Part shown: positions 11,946 to 24,002 of the stretch, one piece after another
How positions within the stretch are numbered: the first letter of the stretch is position 1
Layout: each line of letters starts with the position of its first letter
DNA from: Chlorokybus atmophyticus
Lineage: Eukaryota > Plantae > Mesostigma and Chlorokybus algae
Reading direction: 5' to 3'
Length of the DNA stretch: 64,000 bases
Assembly (NCBI GenBank): GCA_009103225.1
Contig: RHPI01001168.1
Coordinates: forward strand, 311,337 to 375,336
Translations under genes and position numbers: made by a program
The notes under the pieces: generated by a model
Told to the model about the DNA's origin: nothing
Database searches by the model: none
The model's input: only the letters and a program-made list of their open reading frames with translations

Positions 11946-12662
11946 TGCAGTGGGCTTGCGGCTGTCCTCAACACAGGAACAACAGTCACCAAGTACCTCT
12001 AGTGTGACCCTGACCCTCATGCACAGGAGGCTCTGAGCCATCATTTACGACAGCTGCACCAGCGCTACCCGCAGCAGCTACCGCTGTCGNAAAGGACACC
12101 GAGTTCTTGTGGAAGGAGGCACAACAGGAGGCCTTTCAGGAGCTGAAGCTCCGCCTCACCACAGCTCCCATTCTGCGACGCCCTGACTACACCAGGTCGT
12201 TCATCCTGCACACAGACTGGAGCAAGCTCGGCATGGGGGCCGTGCTCGTACAGCATGACAACAANACAAGGGAGCCAGAAGGCTCTACCGCAGGACATCC
12301 GCTGGATTACTAAGGATCACCTGCAAGCAGTCGGCAACGTTGACCTGCTGATAGCAGGATAGGAGTGTCAAGGGCACTCCAGGGCAGGCAGAGGCCAAGG
12401 GCTCTCTGATCCTCGCTCACAGCTGTTCTGGCAGCTAATGAGAGTCATCAAACTCCTACAGACCAGGCAGATTGCTAGGCCCTTGGGGTACATCATCGAG
12501 AATGTGCACTCCGAGGATGACAAGCAGCATCACGTCGCTAAGGCCTATCGACAAGTATGCTCCTTGCTGGGGCAACCTCTCAAAATCAACGCCGCGCGTC
12601 ATGGATCTCGCGCACACCGCGTCCGCGCCAAGTGGACCAACCTGGCCATTGTGGAGGACCTG
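11946..12662 (+). repeat. Two N-bounded fragments (11946-12089, 12266-12662) of a second, diverged MTase copy with premature stops
   Basis: Match ~9926-10069 and ~10074-10470 with about 19 substitutions in ~540 bp; TAC>TAG and TGG>TAG create stops. Each block is flanked by single Ns and replaces missing RT/RNase H sequence. Confidence 0.9.
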
Positions 12663-14486
12663 NAAAAGTTAGCACGATGGGCGCTGCTGCTACAGGAGTA
12701 CGACTTCGAGGTGGAACACCGCGCAGGCTTTGCCAACCAGGATGCGGATGGCCTCAGCCGTAACCCCCACCTCAGCACCAACGACGCCACAGGCGCCCGA
12801 CATGAGTTGGGTCCTACAGCTGCACCTTCAGGTGTGGCCACCATGTTCGCTGTCGCTGCGCTACGCTCGGGACGCAGGACTCAGACCGCTGAGGCAGCAA
12901 CGGACGGGGACATGCCCGCTCTCGAGCCCGCCATCACCACCACCGATCCTTTATCAGAAGAAGCAATCGCTGCCGACCCTGAGGTGGATGATGAGGAGCT
13001 GGCACCCACCGACACACGACAAGACATCTGGCTGGACGAGCCACCCCTCGCACTGCTTCAGACTGGACAACTTCCAGCAGGCATGAGCGCACGCGAGAAG
13101 GACCGCGTCCGACAACGCACTCAGCGTTACCGCTGGGCCAACGACAGGCTGTATCGACGGATACAAGATGCAGATCAGGAGGTCCCCACACCAGCTGCAC
13201 GTGAAGGCATCATCTCCTCCCTTCACACCGAGCTCGGGCACTTCGGTGTCAAGTGCACGGTCAGCCTGGTCAGGACCCAGTACTGGTGGTATGGGGTGCA
13301 CAGACAGGTGCGGGAGTTCGTCAGCAACTGTCAGCAGTGTGACATGATTCGCGCCAGCCTCAACACGCGCAATGCCACCTTGCATCCCCTTCCCATTTCC
13401 GGGTTGTTCTACCGCTGGGGACAGGACATCCTCGGAGACCTAGCGCCCTCAGCGCGAGGCAACCGCTACATCCTCGTCATGATCGAGCACTTCTCCAAGT
13501 GGGTGGAGCTGGTGCCCCTGCCCGACAAGAGCAGTGAGGGAGTAGCCCAGGCTTTCCTCTCCCATGTACTCGGACGCTTCGGCAGCTGCGCTGAAGTCAT
13601 CACCGACCAGGGTACGGAGTTCAGAGGAGCCTTCGACAAGCTTATCGACAGATGCTTCATCGACCACCGTCGCACCTCACGCGACCACCCGCAGGCCGAC
13701 GGCCTCGCCGAGCGTACCGTGCAGACCATCAAGAAGGCACTGCGCAAGTACGTCCTTGCCTACGAGAAGAATACCTGGGATGATCACCTCCCATGGGTAG
13801 CAATGGGCTACCGGCTGTCCAAGCAGGCAGCCCTGCGAGAGTACAGCCCATACTATCTACTGTTCGGAAGGCAGCCATTGCTCCCTTTCCGCGCACAGCA
13901 GGAGGTCGACAGAGTGGTGGACAATCTCGACAACCCCGACGAGATGTTGTATGATCTGACAGTGCGCAGTGCGCTGTTCGAACACACAGTCCCCATGGCC
14001 TTCAACAACCTGCGCATCGCGCAGCACCGCGACACGCTGCGTTACGAGCGTGTGCGCAGTGGTTTCTACAAGGAGCGGGAGCGCCGCTTCGAGTCAGGAG
14101 ACTTCGTCTACCGTATGGCGTCTACACGCGACACCCTCGATACCTCCGTCGGGCGTGCTGTCTACAAGGTATTGAAGGTGCACCCCACAGGGGTACTGGA
14201 CCTGTTGGGACAACGAGGCGAGCGCATGAAGGACAACATGGTCAACTGCGCGCCCTGTCATCTCCCCTACATTGCTGGCTTCACCAAGATCCAGCACCCG
14301 CGTCCGCTGCGCAGCACCCGATGCGAGAAGTGTGGCAGCGCCGACGACGACCCATTGATGATGTTATGCGACGGCTGTAATCAAGGCATGCACTGCTACT
14401 GCCTTGACCCTCCACTGGACGCAGTACCCTTGTGGGAGTACTGGTGCGATGACTGCCGCATCAACGGTCCCCCACACAGTCGGTAG
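12091..14486 (+). CDS. pol: Pol, 3' part: RNase H (fragmented), integrase, C-terminal PHD finger
   Basis: RNase H FILHTDWSKLGMGAVLVQ and KLARWALLLQEYDFEVEHRAG...DADGLSR. Integrase HTELGHFG...CQQC, WGQDILG, VITDQGTEF, DGLAERTVQTIK, YSPYYLLFGRQP. Stop TAG at 14484-14486. Confidence 0.93.
14322..14456 (+). other. PHD zinc finger (C4-H-C3) at the integrase C-terminus
   Basis: CEKCGSADDDPLMMLCDGCNQGMHCYCLDPPLDAVPLWEYWCDDC matches the PHD consensus including CL.PPL..VP...W.C..C. Confidence 0.93.
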
Positions 14487-14524
14487 GAACTGAGTTCTGG
14501 AGCAGAGGGATGCCCCAGAATCTC

Positions 14525-14872
14525 AGGGGGGGTGGCTTGTTGACTGTGTGCACTACGACACAGTCTGTACACAAAGGTGGCAAGCGGCATCCGCTCGTCC
14601 ACTGCACTGAACACCGCGTAGGCTCATCTTCAAGCCTATGCCCACGATTGGGGGGTTGACTTTTGCTTGCATGACTCCAATGCAATGCACGGCACTAGCA
14701 TGCGGGCAGCACTAGCACTCCTCCGCAGCCTGTCCGAGACAAGGTTGCCCTCGACCATGACAGGCACGACAACTCTCCAGATCAAGATTAGCTGCTATTA
14801 CAACGATGTTTACCACAAAGCCTCAACTACAAACAGCTAACCATTGGGTATAAGGAAGGCAAAGAGTCAACA
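14525..14872 (+). repeat. Polypurine tract and candidate 3' LTR (14538-14872)
   Basis: AGGGGGGGTGGCT followed by TGTTGACT...AGTCAACA (8-bp terminal inverted repeat). No matching 5' copy recognised, so the LTR extent is uncertain. Confidence 0.5.
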
Positions 14873-16203
14873 AAGTATCGTCTTTAAGCGCGGAAGAGAG
14901 AAACTTGCATTACCAACTGACTAGTTGAGAATGCTAGCTGGGTACTTCTACCATTGTGCAGTCACAACAATTGTAACTGCCGTAACCGTCCGTCTGCTTA
15001 AATCTAGTTCGTTAATTTGCGCAGAAAGCTATAGAGGCTTCTAAGTCGTTAATGATGACTGCAGTCGATCGGGATGTAGACCTCGTTCCGCCACTGCATC
15101 ACGATAGCTGAGTTGGCGGTCTTTTAAGGCAGGGTTTTGCTTTGGCCGCTTGCGCATGGTCGTGCATGATGACGGACGCGGGCACCTCTCAAGCGTATGA
15201 GCACGCGAGGGAGGAATTAAGGCGCCGGCTCAGGTGTCAGCATTATGTCTGGCCTGGTGTGGGCGCGGCGAGGGAGGCCCTAGTAGCTAACATAGCCGCA
15301 GCGCCTCGCCAGTATGTATAGCCTAAGCGCGGGGAGGTGCCTGCAGCGGGTGCAAGCCGCATTGATCATGAAGGGGAGCTCAACCCTTGTGTGTGAGTGG
15401 TTCGGTAGCCCCGGTAATGAGCGATCTGATAGCATATGGGCGGTGTATAATCCGCCCGCCATGTCCTCCTGAGTACTGGACCCCTCTCCGTAAGCGTGGC
15501 CACTGCGTTCCACAACACATGCCTAGCGTGATAGGTGTGTGGGGTTGTCACATATAGTGTCAATGCCTAGTGACTGACACAGCGTGTAGGGAGGACCTCG
15601 GTAGGCCTGATCCCCGTGGACGCTATAGATAGATCCTCCTCTGCTTTTGTTGGAGGGTGTGGAGCGGCGATGGTGTCCTACTCCCAACGTACCCTTCCCC
15701 GTTGTCCATTCCCTTTAGCCTGTTCGTACATCTGTCGCGACCGGCACAAGGTCTTCCCGTAGAAGCTGTGCCCATGGTGTGGACAGAGGCGATGCTTGCG
15801 AGGTTGCCTCACCACCCTGCGCTCTGCCATCTGCAGGCATGGTGCGCTCCCTACTAGTAGTCACAAGAGCGCCACGGACTGGCAATGGCACAGCCTCCCG
15901 TCGTCTTGAACAGGTGTACATACACTTAGGTACACATGTATACACGGAGCATCCTTTGCTTGTATGCGGTAGCCCTGTTGATGTGTGTGTTCCTGAATGC
16001 TTGTAACCTTCCTCAGTCAGCTGAGTGCAATGATGTGTGTGTCGAGTGCTCATGGCAACAAGTGCTCATGGCATGACACATTGCTGACATATGTATATAC
16101 ATAATATCATCAGCCATGATGGTGTACGAGGCAAACAAATATGAGTTGTGTGCATGCATGACACATGCAGACAAAAATGTAGACCAAAAAGGCATACACA
16201 ATC

Positions 16204-16205
<2 letters not shown>

Positions 16206-16234
<29 letters not shown>
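16206..16234. repeat. Poly-G homopolymer (29 nt)
   Basis: Seen directly. Confidence 0.95.
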
Positions 16235-16236
<2 letters not shown>

Positions 16237-17622
16237 CCCCAAGACTTGGTTAGCCAATGAACCAGAAGAATTGCGGCACAAAGGCACTCTTCTTCTGTGT
16301 AGCAGAAAGGGCTGAGACNCCGTTACTACCAGGCTTATTGTACCACGCCGCGTGCTTTCCCTTAAATATCCACCCAAAAGCGCTTGAAAAGAATGCATTC
16401 TGCGGGACAAGTTATTTTCCCGCTATCGCTCGATTAAGTTTCATGCAGACAATCAAATATGTCTGAAATTTTTGCCGCAATAACGCATTATGAGGCTCAT
16501 AATTCGAACATTATAAAAGTTGCGTTTTGTGTAACTTTATATTGGTTATGATGTCGTCGTTGAGTACATGACTTAATGAAAAGTTTTGATAACTCACTGT
16601 ACTATGCTATCGACTTACATCTGAAATTCAATCACGTATGCTTATGTTGCATTGGATAATGGTGGTAAGTTGCAAGTAACTTTATCAAAATCAAAAAACG
16701 TGCATTCACTATAAATGTGCAAGCGTTTCAAGTGCATAACATTAAAAATAAGTTGTTTACATAAGTTGTTTGGAGCCTTTCATTGAGCAGCATTACACTT
16801 GGCCTGACGATAGGACAATGCATGAATCAAGTGCAATGCCGCTTTAACCAAATGAATACATGAATACATGATTTCACACCTGTGTCAAACATTGTATGTA
16901 TGCCAAGCATCCCACACACATTGCATATACCACTCCAGACATATTGACTGTTACATATCATTAATGACAATCGGTAGCATGAGGTTGTTATGTAGATATG
17001 TACATATTGCAAACAAGCAAGCATGCGGAATTAAGCACAACCAACAAACTTATGTACTAGGTGCAACGGTTAAGTGCAACGGTCACATTCATACATGATA
17101 TGGCATTACGTATACAAAAGGTGTATCATACACCGGGTGTCACTTTGCCTGAACCATCACATGCATTCATGCCGCATATGGCATAATTATAGCCAACACA
17201 TTCTGCAGCAGTCACACGCTCAAAACATCAACACTCTGCCAGCGTACAGCCACCGGGTTCACATCCACTACATTCTTTACTACTACACTACCATTAAACC
17301 ACCCACCCCATTAGACGTGCATGCACACGTGTTAGTAATCAATTACCCGCCCACATGGGCCGGGGTTGGTCCTTGTCGATTGCATACTAATTGAAGCAAC
17401 ATGGTTTGTACCTCATGCATTCTTTAATCCTGGAATTGCGGCATTACCATACATGCTCGTCACAACTCGTACAAGTGCTCACACCACTACCAACTCAAGT
17501 GATGGTAACGCTTGTGGCAATTGTTGACATCATGCAGCTGCACCGCAATACACCTTACAAACCACCTACCCTCTGGCTGCACATAGAGCCTACCTGCAAC
17601 ACTCCGGGCCTCGGCAACCGCC

Positions 17623-20600
17623 TCAGTTGCAATACAAGCGCACAGTGCCATCTGCCCCCGCACTGAACAGCCATGGTTGCTGTGGGTGAAACACGCAGTC
17701 CAACACGCCGCTCCCCTTGACAACATCGTGACCGCGCAAGATCTTGAGCGGTACCAGCAGCGCGTTCTGAAGCAGATCCGCGTACACCATCCCATGGAAC
17801 ACGTGGATTGTCGCATCGTCCGCGCAGGAGGCAAACAACGGATAGCGCGGATGGAACGCCACGCTCTGGATCGCGCCGTCGTGGTAGCGCAAGTTCTTGT
17901 AAGGCGCGCTTGACAGGTCAAGGTCAAACCAACACAGCTTGCGGTCTTGACTGCCGATGATGAGGTTGTCGCCGCCAGGGTGAATCGCCAGAGACGACAC
18001 GCTCTGCACGCCCGTGATGAGCTTCTTGGCCAACTCCTGCTTGGCTAGGTTGTACACGCGCACATGGCTCTGGGTGGCAACGTAAAAGAACGGCTTGGAG
18101 GGGTGGAAGGAAACCTGCACCACGCGGCCTTTGTTCTTGCGGAATGGATTCTGCGTCTGTTGCTTCGACAACTGGTGCACAAGCACGGCTGTTGTGTTCG
18201 CCTCGGGGGCCGCAGTCGCAAAGTAGTCGCCCTTGTGATGCCATGTGACCTGTGGTAGACCAGTGTCAAGACCAACGCAGCTGCTGCATGTGATGCCTAA
18301 GTGCTGGTCCAGCTACCCCTACCTGGTGTACAGGATGAGCATGCTGCAGCTCCACTCCGCCGGCAGAGTGGCGGCTCCAACTGCATAACGTTTGATTACC
18401 TGCAACACAACACCAATTGCAACGTTAGCAACTGTCTGCCCTGAGCGTGAGGCACAAAGCGTACGCGAGCTACCTTCGCCTGTGTCTTGCTCCTTCAGCT
18501 TCAGAAGAGTTTCAGTTGCCTGATGCACTCCTTCAGCGCCAGTCGCAGCATTCAATAGCACCACAGCCTTGCCACTGTTGCAACATGGGTCAATTTGCAA
18601 TGGGCTGCTGCATGCCAACTCCTGAATGCTGCTATTGAAGTATAGCTTACGTGGCAACCGCGATGATAGTGCTTGAGGGGTTTGGGTTCCATGCAATATG
18701 CCGCACTGCAGCATTGAGTGTCCACGTTTGAAAGCATCGACCTGTTCTGACCTCCCAGACACGAACGGTTGCATCATCAGAACCTGACAGAGCGCATTGC
18801 CAAATTTAATAAGGGCGACAAACTTCCTGCAACAACAACCTCAGCGTCTGCCAAATCGATAACACCCTGACTGGTATGAACTTCATTATATCCCAGCATG
18901 AGCGCAAAATGCATGCAGTGCTCAGCACCAATGCAACGCTCTGCCAGACTCGCACCTGATGCCAGCCATTGGCCAGAGGGATCCACGGAGATGGACCCTA
19001 CTCGCCCAGTGTGTCCAATGTACACAAGGCCAACCATAGTGGGAAAAGGCTGCAGATCTCTTGGCTTTGGCAGCTTTGGAATAAGGCTCTCAGGATCAAT
19101 GTTGAGCTGCAGAAGTCGAGTCATGAGCGCTGGCATGGCCTTTCACGCAATAGCATTCCACAGCGCTGACCAAACATAGTAGCCTGTCATGACATGGAGA
19201 ACTGCCTGTCACATACCTTTTTCCTGCGTGCTCTCGGAGCAAGATACAAGTCAAGACATCGCTCAAACCGCTCCTTGATGAAGTTCTCGTACATTGGCAC
19301 TGCTCGCAGGGACATAAACCTGCAAGTCCAAATGAGACAACCAGCATACTATGTCGATGGTGCACCAAGATGCTGGTGCGAGGTTTATTTACCTTTGCGG
19401 GATGAAGGCAGGCCTATCGATTGGATCCGCCATCTTGTAAGCAGAAGCCTCTTCTTCAGTTGGCAGATACTCTTCTGGCGGATTGTACGACTCTTCATGA
19501 CCTGAAAGGCATTGCTATGAGTATTGCATGCTTCGCAAGAACGACCGGAGCCCTATGCATACCAACTGGCATAAAAGTGATGCGTCGTTCAACCAACTAT
19601 TGAGCAATATCTGGCGGTTTGATGGCAAAGTGCACGTGTTTACAAGACGCCGTCGTGCTAACCGAACCTGGCAGAGTGGCTTTGGGTGCAGGTATGTACG
19701 TTAGGCCGCTTTGTGTCTTCTCCAGCATGCCGTAATCATCCTCCCAAAGCAAGTAAACCATGGGCTTTTCCTTGGGTTTTTCATGCAACTTGATCCAACC
19801 TTTGCGCATGGCCCGGACGAGCTTCACAACCTGTACGTAACATAAAGCGCTCAAAAACTAACCAGACCATTGTGGTGCGTGCATGTATGCAGAAATTGCA
19901 AGCAAAAACACACCTGCTTTGCTTCCCATTTTGATGGAATGAAGCGCCTTTTGGGCTCTGGTGCATTTGAAAGTGGATGGATGCCATCTTCATACTCAAA
20001 CCAATCAACATAAGGCTGCAACAAACCATCGTTAGTGCAAGCATAAGAAGCTCGACAAGCTATGTCATATGACATGTCTTTGCAAACAAGTCCCAAGCTG
20101 ACACAAACAGCACCAACAATGTTGTACCTCATATGGGTTGATCTCAGCATGCGGAAACTTGCCCTCCCTTATGCGTTGTATCATCTGAACTTCCTCTGCA
20201 TTCAGCACAATGTCCTCATCGTTGTACTCGTCATAGACAGTCCTCCTGCCAAGCGGTCCCTTCCAGTCAAAACGCAAACCACCAGCACATGCACAACTGC
20301 TTGTAGTAATAATCACCAAAGTGCGCTACATGCAGGTGCAGACACGCCCAGGTGACATAGCTTTAAGCTCAAGCGACCTCTGCGCAGTGTCTAAGCAACA
20401 CCTATCCCCGTTTTCAACTGCCGATCCAATGGCAAACTTGATAATAACAATGCTCCGGTTGGACATGATATCCAAGTTTGTTGCGCCGTGGTACGTCGTA
20501 TCCCGGCCGACTGGTGTCCATGACTAGGGGATAAACCATCATCGCCGGTTTCACGCAGCTGGGTTGATCCAGTTGCCTTCGTCTTGGCGGAGTATGCAAG

Positions 20601-22080
20601 GCTTTGAACCGCTACGAATGCAGTTAGCTGCTTGTGTGACTAGGGCCTAAGCCTGGCACGAACGTCCAACCACGCATAACTCAATGCACAGTGGTCACCT
20701 TGTGTTGTAGTGCACTCACTTCGTGCAGTTAACAGCAGTGCCTGACTATGCATAATGCTGAAGCTCAGCAACGGGTGTGAGGCAATGTCGCTAAGGAAGG
20801 CAGCACTTCTTGACCAGAGTTACAAGAACGCTCTCGGCCTGCCTGCCTCACAATGTAAACCACATACCAGGCTTTCTTATCGTCGGTCTTTGCCAGAAAG
20901 GACGCCAGCTGATCTTTCCTCTCCTTCTTCAGCAGCTTCTGACCCGCCCTGTCATATCCAATGTGCGTCTCCGCTTTGTACCATTCCAAAGGCACTTTGC
21001 CAATGGTGTTTCGGGATGGCCTCTGAAACGCAACACTCAACCGTAAGTACACCAATGGCTCCGAGACAGACCAACACTTATAGACAAGTAATATGGCATG
21101 CCTAGCTCGAAACAACAAGAGCATGCTGTCAGTAGGCTGGCTCGCTCGTGACCAGGGCAACGCCATACCGGAAGCACTGTAGCGCGCTATACTACTGCTG
21201 CTTCCACACTAATGTGCAAAACACGGCTTCAGCCAGGTTGCTAAACGCCAAACGAGAGTCTAATAAGTCCTGCAACTAATCAGGACAGACCACCCCTCAA
21301 GTTCAACCTGAATGCATTGTCCGCTGCAATGTGATGATGCGCGAATTGATGTCTTGAGGACGGGTACAAGTATTGCGCAGATCTACTGGCCCAGCGACAA
21401 GCAGATGGTATGCGCGAAACAGCAGATGTGTTGATAAGGTGACAAGTAGCTTATTTTTCTTGTGGCATTGCACATGCTGCACGCATGCACCGGCACTGCA
21501 TGAATCCATTCAGCTCGTACATGGATGCGAAGGTTCCTGATTACGGCAGGTGCCTTCGTAACCAATCCGCGAGCAAATTCCCTTGCTTGTGTGACACATC
21601 ATTACAAAAGAAGAGAAGCCCACCACTGCTCCATAGTTGTTTTCACGCACATGTGACACTGCACCTCACCTCATCCTCCGACGAGTCGCTGTCCTGGGCA
21701 AGGGCGGGCGGCGCGCCAGCGCTGTCTCCCGAAGCCCGCCTCTCAGCGGCATTCTCAACATCGTCGCGGGCGTACCCTTCGTCCTCATCGCCGCTGCCAG
21801 CATGTTCGGCAGCTGCGCCGTAGTATGCCTGCACAGCCTGCCTAATGTCCTTCTGCTCTTCGTCCTCCGCATCCCCCTCGTCCTCATCCTCGCGCTCCTG
21901 CTCCTCCCCATCCTCCTCCCCAGACTCAGAGACCTGCAGCCCGTCCTCATCGTCGCTGGACACCTCGCTGTTCCAGCTCAGCTCCCCTTCGTCATCACTG
22001 GAGCCAGCTTCAACCTGCTCCACGCTTGCAGGCGCAACCTCCTGCGCAGCTTCCTTCCGCTTCCCCCTCACCACCGCCAT
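17623..22080 (-). CDS. BOP1: Ribosome biogenesis protein BOP1/ERB1 (multi-exon, acidic N-terminus, BOP1NT domain, WD40 repeats)
   Basis: Exon peptides [75 protein letters not shown] and a WD40 C-terminus ending [14 protein letters not shown]; GT-AG introns. Confidence 0.95.
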
Positions 22081-22631
22081 TGCCGCCGCCGCTGCCGCCG
22101 CCGCCGCCGCTGTAGACTGTAAGCCGCTGCTGCTAAGCGCGGGACAAAAGCGATATCAATGGGATAGACTGTATAGAGGGTCATTACCTGATATCTATCA
22201 GATGCAGATATCTGCTCCGCCGTGTATGTCGAGTTCGCAGGCGCCGTGCCACGTAGGCTTACTCACGGAGGCGGCGGCGGAGGTGGCGGGTCCGCCACGC
22301 AACGGGTGCATGCGAGTCATTGAGGCACCGAGCTACCAGAGGAGGGGTGCTGGATTTCGCCGTCGTAAACAGGTACTGCACAGGTGTTGTGTGCACACCG
22401 GCACAGTCAGTGCGGGCCGCCGCCCATCCACCTGTGTTGTGCACAGCCAGTGTTGCATGCTCGCACGTCGCGCATGCTTGTGCATGCGCGCGTTCGTTCG
22501 CTCTCTGCCCCCTGTGTTTGTTTCGCCGTGGGGGATGCAACTTCGTGACTGTGTTGTGTTTGTGTCTAGATTTGCACGTCGAGTGGGTAGCATTCAACAC
22601 ACAGCAGCAGCAGCAACAGTAGTACGCAGCC

Positions 22632-23319
22632 ATGCCAATGAAGGCGGCGGACGTGGCGTACCGCGGAGTGGTGGTTCTGCTTGTTGGCGCCACGGGCGTG
22701 CTGGGCTTCAACGTCGTTCGCAACACCGCACGCGGACTCATCTACCACCAAACACATGTGCGTATGCTGTCTGCTCTGCATGGATATTCCTTTGTTGTCG
22801 TGTCACGATTATTTGGTGGCCATTGGCCAACGAACAATGGCATGTCGCAAGGCCTGTGTTTGTGCTTGACGCCTTCACATGCAAAGTTGGTATGCTAAGA
22901 GTGTGCGTCTGCGTCTGCGTCTGTTCCCATGCGTGTGCGCGTGCATCTGTGTACTTAGGGGTCTCTATGCGTACTGAGACTGTGCGCATGTGCATTTGAT
23001 CAGAAAAACACATGCAAGTAGATGTGCTGCGCGTGTGAGCATCCGTCTGTGTGTTCATGTGCGTACGTGTACACACATACTACCAGCCGCTGTATGCGCA
23101 TACATAGGCTTGGGTGCCTGCATTGTGTGTCAGCTGGTCTGTTCACCGTTCAGAGTGTCTGGTGGGAATGCCTAATAACACATAAGCCTGCTGGTTGCAT
23201 TTCTCTGTGCCCTGGCATCGAGTCCGTCACGTTGAGTGTTGGTATGCGCTTTCCTTTGGCAGAAAGATGAGCCGGTTGCCGAGGTCTCAGCGCAGGCAAC
23301 TGCCGCGGACCAGCGGTGA
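22632..23319 (+). CDS. Small single-TM protein, COX14-like cytochrome c oxidase assembly factor (exons 22632-22757 and 23263-23319, ~60 aa)
   Basis: MPMKAADVAYRGVVVLLVGATGVLGFNVVRNTARGLIYHQTH|KDEPVAEVSAQATAADQR*, phase-0 GT-AG intron. The DVAY...RGL.xH pattern resembles plant COX14-like proteins as recalled, not searched. Confidence 0.55.
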
Positions 23320-24002
23320 TGGTGGCCAACCCATTTTGCGCATGCGTTGTCAGCTATCTTCATTGTTTGCCGCTAGCGCCTGTACGTTACTCGCCAACAT
23401 GCCAGGAAAACTGCTAGGTGTTCACGTAGTACTATTGAATTAATGCAATCACACCGCACCTCGTGCACGCATGTGTTCCAAACATGCATGCCTGTTGTGG
23501 TTCCCTCACCTGCAGGCACACTGGTAAAGCATGTCAATGCGCATATGATACTGATCTGAATGGTGAGCAGAGGGTTGCTTCTCTGGTGGTCACTTGGTCG
23601 ACCTGCAAATGGCTGAGCGCATCAAGGGTTGACCAAGGCAAGCGGCATGCGCATCGTGTGCATTCACTATCAGTACTGAGATGTATAGATGTGCAAGGAT
23701 CATATAGGTGCCCAGTTCATCAGCTAACTCACCCAGCATACCAGCTAACTCACCCAGCATACCACACTCAATTTACACATGTACATGAGTGTGTGTAACA
23801 CGGTGTGCACACCCAACGCGCGCATGTGCCGCACTCCATGGCCACATGTCACACAGCATCAGCACATGACACCAGCAGCACCCACACCCTCTCCCCACTC
23901 CCATCACACCGCGTCGGCAATGCCACCGCCATCGTCTGCAGCCGCCTCTACGCTGCAGCCAGTGCCGCACCCGCCTCCGTGGGAGGAGTGAGAGCGAATA
24001 CC

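Larger units (their letters stand above)
2755..14872 (+). mobile_element. Ty3/Gypsy LTR retrotransposon carrying a DNMT3-like cytosine methyltransferase and a PHD finger (boundaries approximate; assembly locally scrambled)
   Basis: Domain order: Gag (two CCHC knuckles), protease (LDTGA), C5-MTase, RT (YIDD), RNase H, integrase (HHCC, D-D-E, YSPY), PHD. Purine tract AGGGGGGG at ~14525 is followed by TG...CA segment 14538-14872. RT-RH-IN order defines Ty3/Gypsy. Confidence 0.95.

Noticed and set aside
11945-12663. MTase fragments interleaved with RT/RNase H as a novel domain-shuffled architecture
   Set aside because: Every junction is a single N and each block sits where essential RT/RNase H sequence is missing, the pattern of a gap-filling error.
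16206-16234. Poly-G as a G-quadruplex or regulatory element
   Set aside because: Long G runs are common sequencing or assembly artefacts, and there is a nearby N at 16319; no supporting context.
21845-22999. Long antisense or overlapping ORFs in GC-rich exons (also 25197-25844, 36233-37267)
   Set aside because: Shadow ORFs of real genes or low-complexity sequence, with no recognisable motifs.
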